DNA of 63,977 nt, the filler included. It is 6 parts of 6 records of this genome, joined end to end, with 100 filler letters (N's around TTAATTAATTAA, not from the genome) between each part and the next. Parts side by side here need not be neighbours in the genome. Positions count along the whole stretch, not along the records: positions 12,649 to 35,034 come from DRR723986_8246; 5 more parts are not named here. One strand, written 5' to 3'. Made by a program: the position numbers and the translations under genes. This document shows positions 20,430-30,496 of the stretch, one piece after another. The notes beneath the pieces were generated by a model, which was given only the letters and a program-made list of their open reading frames with translations, ran no database searches and had not been told where the DNA came from. Position 1 is the first letter of the stretch. The number at the start of each line of letters is the position of its first letter.

Positions 20430-21293
20430 ATGCTTGAGTATTTTCCCGAGAATGTCTCTTCGATCGGAATCGAACACGACCATTTGTTTGCTCTGATATA
20501 TTATATCAGTGTTGCCATCTTCTTTCTTGTTAACATCGTACTGGTATACTTCCTGTGGAAGTACCGTCGTAAACGCGGAGTTAAAGCGTATTACTTCCAT
20601 GGAAGTAATATCGTTGAGTTCACGTGGACATTGTTGCCAACCATCCTCTTTATTGCGATTGGTTTCTACAGCGATGACCTCTGGACCAGAATGAAGTATC
20701 AGGATGCTGTTCCTGTGGCCGACGTAGAAGTTGAGTGCCTTGGACAGCAGTATTTGTGGCACTATCGCTACCCTGGTCCTGATGGCGAATTTGGCAACGT
20801 GATTCCGGCCCTGCGAACTTCGCAGAACATTTTTGCGATTGACCCCGAAGACCCCGCTGGTAAAGATGACCTGGTTCTCTCCAACGTTTTCTACCTGCCG
20901 ATCAATAAAACTATAGTCGTCAAACTGTCATCAGTTGATGTGCTTCATAGCTTCTTCCTGCCGAACTTCCGCATTAAACAAGATGCAGTTCCCGGTTTGG
21001 ACGTCGACGTTTGGTTCGACTGTTTCAAAGCCGGTAACTACGAGCTTGCCTGTGCCGAACTTTGTGGTTCCGGACACTATAGCATGCGCGGTGAACTGCG
21101 AATGCTGTCCGAAGACGCCTATAACGAGTGGCTGCAAGGCAAATACGATGCGATTCTGGCAAGCCTGAATCCTGAAGAAGAAGCGGACGATGAGGACTTT
21201 GTTCGTACAGGTGAAGACCTGACTTCCGGTGCTGCTGAAGCATCAGAAGAAGAAGTCGCCGCTGAGCCGACCGAGGATGCGCAAAGCAATTGA
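20430..21293 (+). CDS. coxB: Cytochrome c oxidase subunit II
   Basis: EFTWTLLP, QQYLWHYRY, DVLHSF, CAELCGSGHYSM (CuA); no fused CxxCH domain. Confidence 0.93.
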   Translation: MLEYFPENVSSIGIEHDHLFALIYYISVAIFFLVNIVLVYFLWKYRRKRGVKAYYFHGSNIVEFTWTLLPTILFIAIGFYSDDLWTRMKYQDAVPVADVEVECLGQQYLWHYRYPGPDGEFGNVIPALRTSQNIFAIDPEDPAGKDDLVLSNVFYLPINKTIVVKLSSVDVLHSFFLPNFRIKQDAVPGLDVDVWFDCFKAGNYELACAELCGSGHYSMRGELRMLSEDAYNEWLQGKYDAILASLNPEEEADDEDFVRTGEDLTSGAAEASEEEVAAEPTEDAQSN

Positions 21294-21393
21294 TGCTGCG
21301 TAAAGCAACGCGCGTCACACAAGATAGTGCGCAGGCGCACTGGTCAGGCCTAAAGAGAAAAACGATTCAACAAACAAGATAATTCTGTGAACT

Positions 21394-23220
21394 ATGGCTA
21401 CTGAAGTTCTCACATCAGCGCAGACAGATGAACATGACGATCATGGTCATGATCATGCGCACCACGAGTCCTTTATCCGCAAGTACATCTTTTCGACCGA
21501 CCACAAGCAGATCGCCAAGCAGTTTTTGCTGACAGCGTTGATCTTCTTGTTTATCGGTGGTGGGATGGCGCTGATTTTGCGCTGGCAATTGGCTTATCCG
21601 GGGCAGCCGCTCCCGTTGATTGGTCATCTGCTTTCGGATAGCTTCGTGACGGACGGCGTCGTGCAACCTGGATTCTTCATGCAAATGACGACCATGCACG
21701 CCTCAATCATGATTTTCTTCGTGATTATTCCGCTTGCCGTCGGTTTCTTTGGTAACCTCTGTATACCGTTAATGATTGGGACCGACGATATGGCGTTCCC
21801 GATGATTAACATGTTCTCGTTTTGGTTAACCCCGCCGGCAGCGATGTTTGTGATGTCCGGCTTCTTTATGGATGGAGGTGCGGCCGCTGCTGGCTGGACC
21901 CACTATCCGCCATTGAGTGTGGTCACCAGTGATGGCCATACTATGTGGACCGTCGGGGTCTTCTTCGCCGGTTTCAGTTCGATTCTTGGTGGTTTGAACT
22001 ACATCGTGACGGTATTAAACAAACGCGCTGCTGGAATGGGCCTGTTTGATATGCCACTGACGGTTTGGGCTTTGTTTATTACAGCTGTACTGATTTCACT
22101 CGGAACACCTGTCTTAGCCTCCGACCTTGCGATTCTGTTCTTTGACCAATTCTTCCATTCCAGCTTCTTCATTCCGGAAGGAATGTTGTACGCAGACAAT
22201 CTGCACACCGGCGGCGGTCAGCCGATTTTGTTCCAGCACTTGTTCTGGTTCTATTCGCACCCTGCCGTGTACATTATGCTTCTGCCGCTCATGGGTGTCG
22301 TATCCGACGTCATGGCGACGTTCTCACGCAAGCCAATCTACGGTTATAAAGCGATGGTTTTTGCCATGATGGCAATCGGTGGTCTTGGGTTTATCGTTTG
22401 GGGACACCATATGTTCCAATCCGGTATGAACCCGCTCCTCGGTACAACCTTCATGCTCTCAACAATTGTCATCGCAGTTCCTTCCGCTATTAAAACATTT
22501 AACTGGCTCGGTACCTTGTGGCGCGGTAGTATCCGCTTCACAGTGCCAATGTTGCAGGCACTTGGGTTCCTGACAACATTCGTTGTTGGTGGTCTTAGCG
22601 GTATCTTTATGGCAGCTGCCCCTGCGGACGTGTTTATCCACGATACCTACTTTATCGTGGCGCACATTCACTACGTTCTGTTTGGCGGATCACTGTTTGG
22701 TATTTTTGCTGGAATCTACTATTGGTTCCCCAAATTGTTCGGGCGTCGCATGCACGAAACTTGGGGCCAGATCCACTTCTATACTACCTTCATTCTGTTT
22801 AATCTGACATTCTTCCCGATGCACCTTTTGGGCATCGGTGGACATATGCGCCGTATTTCCGATCCAACGGTATACGACTTCCTTGCCCCCTTCCAGGAAA
22901 TGAATGAGTTTATTACTCTGGCCGCTATCGGCCTTGGATTTGCACAGTTTATTCTGGTCGCGAATCTGATCATTTCACTGAAAGTTGGTAAAAAAGCAAC
23001 GCGCAATCCCTGGCGTGCGAACTCCCTTGAGTGGGCTTGTCCTTCACCTCCTGTTGGACACGGTAACTTCGACCGTCCGATCCACTGTTATCGTGGCGCG
23101 TATGAGTTTTCGTCACCATTGACGAAAAAAGACTACTTGCCGCAGTGGAAGAAACTGGAAGAAAAACCTGAAAGTGTTCCGTCCGCAAAAACGGAGACAA
23201 CAGGAAACTCTGGACATTAA
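21394..23220 (+). CDS. coxA: Cytochrome c oxidase subunit I, type A2
   Basis: TMHASIM, DMAFP, GWTHYPPL, FWFYSHPAVY (YS = A2 signature), WGHHMF, AIKTFNW, HDTYFIVAHIHY, MRR. Confidence 0.96.
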   Translation: MATEVLTSAQTDEHDDHGHDHAHHESFIRKYIFSTDHKQIAKQFLLTALIFLFIGGGMALILRWQLAYPGQPLPLIGHLLSDSFVTDGVVQPGFFMQMTTMHASIMIFFVIIPLAVGFFGNLCIPLMIGTDDMAFPMINMFSFWLTPPAAMFVMSGFFMDGGAAAAGWTHYPPLSVVTSDGHTMWTVGVFFAGFSSILGGLNYIVTVLNKRAAGMGLFDMPLTVWALFITAVLISLGTPVLASDLAILFFDQFFHSSFFIPEGMLYADNLHTGGGQPILFQHLFWFYSHPAVYIMLLPLMGVVSDVMATFSRKPIYGYKAMVFAMMAIGGLGFIVWGHHMFQSGMNPLLGTTFMLSTIVIAVPSAIKTFNWLGTLWRGSIRFTVPMLQALGFLTTFVVGGLSGIFMAAAPADVFIHDTYFIVAHIHYVLFGGSLFGIFAGIYYWFPKLFGRRMHETWGQIHFYTTFILFNLTFFPMHLLGIGGHMRRISDPTVYDFLAPFQEMNEFITLAAIGLGFAQFILVANLIISLKVGKKATRNPWRANSLEWACPSPPVGHGNFDRPIHCYRGAYEFSSPLTKKDYLPQWKKLEEKPESVPSAKTETTGNSGH

Positions 23221-23300
23221 TGCCGCTTGCGGTTTACGGACTTGCTTTTTTGTTAACCAACGAGTTAACATTTTATACAAGCCTCTGAACCGCCTCCTCT

Positions 23301-24242
23301 ATGTCAACAATCGAAACACATAATATTGAAGATGCCATTCCGGCCCCACTTGTGGGAACGGAGGCACGTGCCGAGAAATGGAAAGCTTATTACGAGCTGG
23401 CCAAGCCTGGTATCACGAAGATGGTCGTATTGACGGCGTCTGCGGGGTACTTTCTGGCACTTTCGGAGCCAATGGCATACTTCGCGCAGGTTAACAACAT
23501 CGTTCACTTTCTGTTCACGATTATCGGTACAACGATGGTCGCGGCCGGAAGTTGCGCGATTAACCACTTCATCGAACGTGACATCGATCCATTGATGAAG
23601 CGCACCGAACGTCGCCCTTTGCCCTCGGGTAAATTGCTGCCGTCGGAAGCTCTAATTTATGGGGTGGCGTTAAGTGCAATTGGTGTAGGGCTGTTGTGTT
23701 TTATTAACATGACGACTGTTGCTCTGGCATTGATTACGCTTGTTGGTTATGTGGCCATTTACACGCCGATGAAAATGCGCACGGAGTGGAATACAATTGT
23801 AGGAGCCGTACCTGGGGCACTACCCGCAATGGGTGGTTGGGTTGCGGTTTCGGGCGAAATAACTCTCGGTTCGATCGCCATGTTTGCAATTGTGTTCTTT
23901 TGGCAACTACCGCACTTCCTGTCTCTATCCTGGATGTATCGCAAAGACTACGCGGCACCGGGGTTTAAGATGTTGGCAGTGCGTGATCATGACGGATCAA
24001 TCTTATCGCGTCACATGGTGCTTTATACTCTTGGCCTTGCAGCTGCGGTGATCTCACCGTATCTACTTGGTGTTACAGGCATTGTGTACGCTGTTGGTTC
24101 CATGGTATTAGTTGCTTATATGTTGATGAACGCCCTGCGCTTTGCGCGTGCGGTGTCATCGCCGAATGCACGTAAGGTACTGCTCTCGTCTTACGTGTTC
24201 CTTCTTGGTGTCATCATTCTGATGTTCGCCGATAAGGTGTGA
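23301..24242 (+). CDS. ctaB: Heme o synthase (protoheme IX farnesyltransferase)
   Basis: LAKPGI, ERDIDPLMKRTERRPLPSG, YTPMK, GAVPGALP, FWQLPHF, DYAAPG. Confidence 0.95.
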   Translation: MSTIETHNIEDAIPAPLVGTEARAEKWKAYYELAKPGITKMVVLTASAGYFLALSEPMAYFAQVNNIVHFLFTIIGTTMVAAGSCAINHFIERDIDPLMKRTERRPLPSGKLLPSEALIYGVALSAIGVGLLCFINMTTVALALITLVGYVAIYTPMKMRTEWNTIVGAVPGALPAMGGWVAVSGEITLGSIAMFAIVFFWQLPHFLSLSWMYRKDYAAPGFKMLAVRDHDGSILSRHMVLYTLGLAAAVISPYLLGVTGIVYAVGSMVLVAYMLMNALRFARAVSSPNARKVLLSSYVFLLGVIILMFADKV

Positions 24243-24300
24243 AGTCAAAGCTGAATTGAACAAAACGACGTAACATTCAATACAAGGTTTAACGCGGCTT

Positions 24301-24912
24301 ATGGGAAGTCTTTCCTTAGCTCACGAACCAGTCTCCGGCATCCCCCACGGCAAGTTGGGAATGTGGATCTTCCTGGCAACGGAGATTATGTTCTTCTCCG
24401 GTTTCTTCGCGACATTTATCGTGATGGATGCAGCCAACCCCACATTGTTCGAAGAGACGGCGCCTAAGCTGGCATGGCAATTGGCACTTGTTAACACTGT
24501 AGTGTTGATTGGTAGTTCCTTGACGATGGCTCTATCGATTCTTAACCTGGAGAAAAAGGACACGGGCAAGTTCCGTCTCTTCCTGGGTTTAACAATCGTT
24601 GGTGCATTCATGTTCTTGATTATCAAGACCATCGAATACAGTGGTAAGTTTTCGCTCGGGATTGGTCCCGACACTAACGTGTTTTACGCGATATACTTCC
24701 TGATGACGGGATTCCACGGAGTGCACGTTGTAGCTGGGATGATTCCCATGATTTGGATGTTCGGAAAGTCATTCACACAGAAAGGCTACACAAATGTGGG
24801 CCGGGTTGAAGTGCTGGGCTTGTACTGGCACTTTGTTGACCTTGTTTGGATCTTCCTCTTTCCGGTCTTCTATTTGCTCTACAACCCAGATTTGATTCTG
24901 TTCGGCCATTGA
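24301..24912 (+). CDS. coxC: Cytochrome c oxidase subunit III
   Basis: GMWIFLATEIMFF, NTVVLIGSS, MTGFHGVHV, YWHFVDLVWIFLF. Confidence 0.93.
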   Translation: MGSLSLAHEPVSGIPHGKLGMWIFLATEIMFFSGFFATFIVMDAANPTLFEETAPKLAWQLALVNTVVLIGSSLTMALSILNLEKKDTGKFRLFLGLTIVGAFMFLIIKTIEYSGKFSLGIGPDTNVFYAIYFLMTGFHGVHVVAGMIPMIWMFGKSFTQKGYTNVGRVEVLGLYWHFVDLVWIFLFPVFYLLYNPDLILFGH

Positions 24913-24978
24913 TTGATTGCCGACTGAACTTCAAAGATTTGCGGTTGAAATGACCGCTGGAATATAAGGAACAGCGTT

Positions 24979-25260
24979 ATGGCAGAAGGCATGTCACATG
25001 AAGCAGTTCAGCGCGAATACATTAAAGTGTTCGGTAGCCTGATGCTTTTATCGGTCCTTACAGTGGCAGCGGCAACATTGCCGTTCCATGGACCAGTCGG
25101 TATTACGATTGGTTTGATTATTGCTGCTGTTAAGACCTTCCTGGTGATGCACATCTTCATGCACTTGAAGTTTGACCATCCCTATCTCCGACTGATGGTA
25201 ATCATACCATTGATCCTGTTCGGAGTTATGATCTTTGCATTCAAAGTTTTGGGTATTTGA
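24979..25260 (+). CDS. coxD: Cytochrome c oxidase subunit IV family protein
   Basis: Three TM helices; IAAVKTFLVMHIFMHLKFD motif; follows coxC. Confidence 0.85.
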   Translation: MAEGMSHEAVQREYIKVFGSLMLLSVLTVAAATLPFHGPVGITIGLIIAAVKTFLVMHIFMHLKFDHPYLRLMVIIPLILFGVMIFAFKVLGI

Positions 25261-25266
25261 TACTCG

Positions 25267-25887
25267 ATGACGAACCCAAAGAGCATGAAGATTACGTGGA
25301 CTGTGTTTGCTGTGCTTGCAGCACACCTGTTTGCCTGTTCATCATCAGATGATGCAGGTAGACGGCTGGATTCAGCTGAAGACAAATTGCACATTCTGGC
25401 CGACGCCCCGTCTTTTGAAGGACTAAGCCACACGCAAACTGTGTTAAACAGTCAAATGCTGGACGGGTCGATTTGGCTCGCTTCATTCATGTTCACAGCC
25501 TGTGGTGGTTCCTGCCCAGTGATGAACAAGAACCTTGCAAAGCTTCAGGAAGAATTCTCCGACATTGAAAATCTGACGTTTGTCTCCTTTACAGTTGACC
25601 CTGAGCGTGACTCCCTTCCGGTACTTCAAGCATATGCTGAAAAGTATGGAGCTCAGGATGGTCGCTGGCACTTTGTACACATGGCCAAAGAACAGGTCAA
25701 AAACCTCTCCGCTAAAGGATTTCTCCTTGGTAATGTTGATTCACCGGCGATGCACAGCTCACGCTTTGCGCTGGTAGATCAATCGGGGAAGATTCGCGGG
25801 TTCTATGATGGTCTTGATGAAGAGGCCATGCAAAAATTGCGCTCGGCGCTAAAGCGCCTGAACAATGGTGAAGAAGCGCAGTCTTAA
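25267..25887 (+). CDS. sco: SCO/SenC copper chaperone, lipoprotein
   Basis: Lipobox LFAC, FTACGGSCP (CxxxC), TVDPERD, MHSSRFALVD. Confidence 0.92.
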   Translation: MTNPKSMKITWTVFAVLAAHLFACSSSDDAGRRLDSAEDKLHILADAPSFEGLSHTQTVLNSQMLDGSIWLASFMFTACGGSCPVMNKNLAKLQEEFSDIENLTFVSFTVDPERDSLPVLQAYAEKYGAQDGRWHFVHMAKEQVKNLSAKGFLLGNVDSPAMHSSRFALVDQSGKIRGFYDGLDEEAMQKLRSALKRLNNGEEAQS

Positions 25888-25925
25888 CGGACTGTCTCAT
25901 TGCTACTAATCCTGACGAGGTTTCG

Positions 25926-26189
25926 ATGAAAAACGGAACGAATATTAGAACTTGGAAATCGCTTGTTGCCCTCGTCATTGCAACACTTTTGACGGCGGTA
26001 AATACGGTGATGGCTTGCCCAAACTGTAAAGCCGGTTTCAAAGATGGAACTGAAGCAGCTGCGCTCGGCGAAGCTTATTCCGCATCCATCTACATGATGT
26101 TGGTACTGCCCGTTTTGTTGGTTGGTTTCATTGCAATGCGTATCGCTAAAGCGACTCGCAAAGCCAGTGTCACCAGCCCGACTGCCTAA
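25926..26189 (+). CDS. Small membrane protein with a CxxC motif
   Basis: Signal-like helix, ACPNCK, second TM helix; sits between sco and actA. Confidence 0.7.
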   Translation: MKNGTNIRTWKSLVALVIATLLTAVNTVMACPNCKAGFKDGTEAAALGEAYSASIYMMLVLPVLLVGFIAMRIAKATRKASVTSPTA

Positions 26190-26279
26190 AAAGCAAACAA
26201 GAACCGACGCCTTAGAGTTAAGTCGTTCGGCCGACTGTTCGGAATTTCTCAGCGATACAGAGCATACGCGGCATAGCAT

Positions 26280-27122
26280 ATGTTTACCAGACTAATCGAC
26301 AAACGCATTAAGACAACCATCATCCTGGCAGGCGCCCTTGTGGCCGTCGCCGGACTGAGCGCCTATTTTGGACTGCACCCGCGCGTCAGTGATGTTGGTT
26401 ATCGTCCAGAGCAGCCAGTGCCGTTTTCCCACAAACAACACGCGGGAGAACTGGGCATTAAATGTATGTACTGCCATAATACGGTAGAACAGGCCGGCCA
26501 CAGTGCCGTCCCGTCCACAAGTACATGTATGAACTGCCACACTGCTGTTAAGCCAGACAGTCCCAAGCTCGAAAAGGTGCGTGAGAGCTACGAAAACGAC
26601 AAGTCCATCGAATGGCGTCGCGTGCACAAGCTGCCCGACTACGTCAACTTCAACCACTCCGGACACATTCGCGCGGGAATTGACTGCGCTTCATGTCATG
26701 GAGAAGTTGAAACAATGGGTGTCGTTACGCAGATGCAACCACTTAACATGGGTTGGTGTCTGGACTGTCATCGCGATCCCGTCAGCATGGTAGTTCCTGC
26801 CCGCGAAATCTCCGGCATCTTTATGGGCATGAAGTCCTATGATGAAGTCGCAGAGATGTGGGCCAACGAACCACCGACATGGGGTGAAGGTAAATGGCTT
26901 AGCAATTGGCGCACGCCTGACAAGCGTATGCTAACGTGGTCCGCGCCAAGTGAGCTGGATTCTGCGGCGATCAAAGCTGCAATGAAAGCACACGAAGAAG
27001 GCTTTTTGGCTGTTGGTGTTACTCAGCATGCATTTTTGGCCGATGGCCCTGCTGCTGAAGGAATGTCAGTTCCCAAAAAACCGGCTCTGGGACCAGAGAA
27101 TTGTGGCGCTTGCCACTATTGA
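26280..27122 (+). CDS. actA: Alternative complex III pentaheme cytochrome c subunit
   Basis: N-terminal TM, QPVPFSHKQHAG, five CxxCH (CMYCH, CMNCH, CASCH, CLDCH, CGACH), LPDYVNFNHSGH. Confidence 0.92.
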   Translation: MFTRLIDKRIKTTIILAGALVAVAGLSAYFGLHPRVSDVGYRPEQPVPFSHKQHAGELGIKCMYCHNTVEQAGHSAVPSTSTCMNCHTAVKPDSPKLEKVRESYENDKSIEWRRVHKLPDYVNFNHSGHIRAGIDCASCHGEVETMGVVTQMQPLNMGWCLDCHRDPVSMVVPAREISGIFMGMKSYDEVAEMWANEPPTWGEGKWLSNWRTPDKRMLTWSAPSELDSAAIKAAMKAHEEGFLAVGVTQHAFLADGPAAEGMSVPKKPALGPENCGACHY

Positions 27123-27190
27123 TGATTGCCGCCTGACGGCTGCTCGACTATTGACTTACATTTTTCCCAAAATCCGAATTCGTGTTCGAT

Positions 27191-30100
27191 ATGGCGGATA
27201 AACCGATGGCGGAACAAAAACGCTACTGGAAAAGCATCAAGGAATATTCCGGCGAACCGGAATTCATGGACCTCCTGGCCAAAAAAGCCAAGAACGAGTT
27301 CCCTGAAGACTACGATCGACCATTACCCACTGCAAGCGGCATGACACGCCGTACGTTTATGGGGCTCCTTTCTGCTTCGATGGCACTTACGGCTGCTGCT
27401 TGCCGCCGTCCCGATTATAAGATTGTACCCTCGGTTAGAGCCGTGGAATACATCAAACCGGGCATCCCCAATTTTTACACCTCGGTGTATTCCAGTGGGA
27501 ATGCAGCTGCAGGGATTGAAGTCAAGACGCGCGAAGGCCGTCCGGTCAAAATAGAAGGGAATGCCGAACACCCTATTCTGGGTGGCGCCTCTTCTGCGGT
27601 AATGCAGGCTAGCCTGCTTTCGCTATATGACCCGGACCGCATGGGGAACTCTCGTCGGCATGCTGTCGGCGCAGAAACCAGTTCGCAACTGCCGCCAAAA
27701 CGCATTCTGCAGATGGTAGCGGAAGCTGCAATGGCAGCGCTGGACAATGGCAAGGGAGTCCGAATCCTGGTAGGTGAACATCCTTCGCCAAGCCTGGACG
27801 CCCTGATGCGCATGCTTGAGACAGCAGTATTTGATCTCAAGTTTGTGACAATGACGCCTGGACATAATAGCGGCGCTGCTCTGGCTGCGCGTGAAGTCTT
27901 GGGAATAGATGGAGAAATTGCTCCAGACTTTTCCAAAGCCGATGTCATCCTCTCCGTTGATGGTGACTTCCTGGGCACAGACAAATACGCATCCGTCTAC
28001 ACGCGCCAGTTCAGTCAAAACCGCCAACCGACGCGCGAAAACCCGAGTATGAATCGCCTGATCGTGGCCGAATCGATCATGTCTCTCACGGGAATGCGTG
28101 CCGATGAGCGTATCAAAATTGCGCCGGATGATGTAGAGAAGTTTTTGGCCGCCGTGCTCAAAAGCGTTTCACGCAACAGCTCAAATCCTGCCGTGTCACA
28201 GGCTGCAAGCCGCGTGCCGGACAATTTGGGTGGAGATCTTGCTGCAACCGCAAACGAAGTGGCCCGCGAGCTATTGACTCCAGGTAAAGCTGGTCTCGTT
28301 ACGCTTGGTGCTCATCACTCTGCTGCTGCTCACGCTATGGCTCTCGCAATTAATCTTGCGATTGGAGCTGTGGGCACAGACATGGCTATTGATCCATTTA
28401 ATGTCATTCCATATAGCGGCAGCAAGTCAGAAGAGCAGGCGCAATTCCGTTCCGACCTCAAAAATGGTAGTGTCGGTGCTGTGATTTTTGCAGGCGTGAA
28501 TCCCTTTTACTGGGGCGATAAAGAATTGCGTGATGGGCTGGCGTCGATTCCGACGCGTATGGCCTTCTCAACGCATGAAGACGAAACTGCTGGAATGTGT
28601 GAATATTACGTTCCAGCCGCACACAGCCTTGAATCATGGGGTGACGCATTAACATATGATGGAACCCTGGCGATTCAGCAACCTATGATTGCGCCGCTAA
28701 ATGGCTCCAGCATGAGCATGGGCGATTTCCTGATGGCTCTTGCTGCCGAAATGGATAACGCGCTGGCCGGTGACTTTGAAAGCATAAAGCTTGAGAACGA
28801 ACTGGAGTACGATATCGATTCGTACGTGCACTTTGTGCGCTCCCGCTGGGAACAGGAATGGTGGAACTCCGATGATGTATTGGGTGACACATTTACAAAA
28901 CAATGGGATGCCGTCCTGCGCCAGGGTGCCTATCAACCGGTAGAATATCGACGTTCTGCCGAAGCCATTGCACCTGTTTTTAATGCTGATGGATTCGCAA
29001 CCGTTCTGCGTGACGGACGCAACCCAAGCGCAACGCAGGGTGCAATGACTTGCATCGTCACACCTGATCCCAAAGTCGGTTATGGCGAAATGGCCAATAA
29101 TGGCTGGCTGCAGGAATTGCCGGATCCCGTGACGAAAGTTGCCTGGGATAACGTCGCAACCATGAGCATTAATACTGCTAAGCAGTTGGGTGTTGACAAC
29201 GAAGACGTTGTCACTATTGAAAATGCCAATGGTTCGATTGACCTGCCTGTGCTGATTCAACCTGGTATGATGGACAATGTGGTTCATACAACTACCGGTT
29301 ATGGACGCACACGCGGTGGCGTTGTGATGGAAGGTGTTGGATCAAACGTCTTTAGGCTGCTTGCTCCAGGACTGTCCATTGGGTCAGTCAAGGTGAACGT
29401 AAGTGTTACCGGGCGTCAACATCCGATTGCAACCACACAGGAACATCACACGCTGTATCAAGCCGAAGATGCTGATTGGCGCAATGATTATACTGTTGAA
29501 AAATTCAATCAAAACGTACCTAAAGGCGAAAAGCCCGAAGTACTTGAGCGTCGCGAAATTGTACAGGAAACTACGCTTTCCAAGCTCAAGGGCGCGAAAG
29601 ATGAGAAGTTGTTCGTAATTCCTCATGTGCCTGGGATGAAGAAAGATGCGGACCTGCACACAGAGCCAATCTCTGCCAACAAAGCTTTTGACTACAAAGG
29701 GCATCGTTGGGGAATGGCAATCGATCTTGCCAAATGTACCGGTTGTAATGCCTGTGTTGTGGCCTGTCAGGCCGAAAACAACATTGCAGTCGTTGGTAAG
29801 GATCAGGTAATGGCCGGACGCGAGCTGCATTGGCTACGTCTTGACCGTTACTATTCGGGTGATCCGGAATCACCGCGCTCCACCGTGCAGCCAATGGCAT
29901 GTCAGCATTGTGAAAATGCTCCATGTGAGAATGTCTGTCCGGTTGCCGCTACTACGCACAGCCCCGAAGGTTTGAATGAAATGACGTACAACCGCTGTGT
30001 CGGTACGCGTTATTGTCTGAATAACTGCCCATACAAAGTCCGCCGCTACAACTTCCTCAACTATCACACAGGTGAGCGTTCGCCAATTGAAATGGCGTTC

Positions 30101-30415
30101 AATCCGGATGTGACAGTGCGGATGCGCGGTATCATGGAAAAATGTACATGGTGTATTCAGCGTATCAACAGTGCTAAGTGGCAGGCCAAAGATAAAGGCC
30201 GTGCACGTGTTCAGGATGGTGAAGTGGTTACCGCATGCCAGCAGGCATGTCCGGCAAGTGCGATCACCTTCGGAGACGTAAACGACGCTTCCAGCGCCGT
30301 TGCACAAATGCGCGACCACGAGCGTGGTTTCCTCGTTCTGCGTCAGCTGAACGTCAAACCGCAGATTACATATCTCGCCGATGTACGGGCAGATAAAGAA
30401 GGATTTTTCAGTTAA
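27191..30415 (+). CDS. actB: Alternative complex III subunit B (molybdopterin-like domain plus Fe-S domain)
   Basis: YWKS, Tat motif RRTFM with AAAC, EGRPVKIEGN, NNGWLQELPDP, CTGCNACVVACQAEN, CQHCENAPCENVCP, CVGTRYCLNNCPY, EKCTWC...ACQQACP. Start may be 27182, 27191 or 27206. Confidence 0.93.
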   Translation: MADKPMAEQKRYWKSIKEYSGEPEFMDLLAKKAKNEFPEDYDRPLPTASGMTRRTFMGLLSASMALTAAACRRPDYKIVPSVRAVEYIKPGIPNFYTSVYSSGNAAAGIEVKTREGRPVKIEGNAEHPILGGASSAVMQASLLSLYDPDRMGNSRRHAVGAETSSQLPPKRILQMVAEAAMAALDNGKGVRILVGEHPSPSLDALMRMLETAVFDLKFVTMTPGHNSGAALAAREVLGIDGEIAPDFSKADVILSVDGDFLGTDKYASVYTRQFSQNRQPTRENPSMNRLIVAESIMSLTGMRADERIKIAPDDVEKFLAAVLKSVSRNSSNPAVSQAASRVPDNLGGDLAATANEVARELLTPGKAGLVTLGAHHSAAAHAMALAINLAIGAVGTDMAIDPFNVIPYSGSKSEEQAQFRSDLKNGSVGAVIFAGVNPFYWGDKELRDGLASIPTRMAFSTHEDETAGMCEYYVPAAHSLESWGDALTYDGTLAIQQPMIAPLNGSSMSMGDFLMALAAEMDNALAGDFESIKLENELEYDIDSYVHFVRSRWEQEWWNSDDVLGDTFTKQWDAVLRQGAYQPVEYRRSAEAIAPVFNADGFATVLRDGRNPSATQGAMTCIVTPDPKVGYGEMANNGWLQELPDPVTKVAWDNVATMSINTAKQLGVDNEDVVTIENANGSIDLPVLIQPGMMDNVVHTTTGYGRTRGGVVMEGVGSNVFRLLAPGLSIGSVKVNVSVTGRQHPIATTQEHHTLYQAEDADWRNDYTVEKFNQNVPKGEKPEVLERREIVQETTLSKLKGAKDEKLFVIPHVPGMKKDADLHTEPISANKAFDYKGHRWGMAIDLAKCTGCNACVVACQAENNIAVVGKDQVMAGRELHWLRLDRYYSGDPESPRSTVQPMACQHCENAPCENVCPVAATTHSPEGLNEMTYNRCVGTRYCLNNCPYKVRRYNFLNYHTGERSPIEMAFNPDVTVRMRGIMEKCTWCIQRINSAKWQAKDKGRARVQDGEVVTACQQACPASAITFGDVNDASSAVAQMRDHERGFLVLRQLNVKPQITYLADVRADKEGFFS

Positions 30416-30496
30416 GACCTTTTCGAAGTTTTTGAGTACATCGCCGCTGCGGTGTACAGATCGGGACTTACCAACACATTCGCGCGATATAATCTT

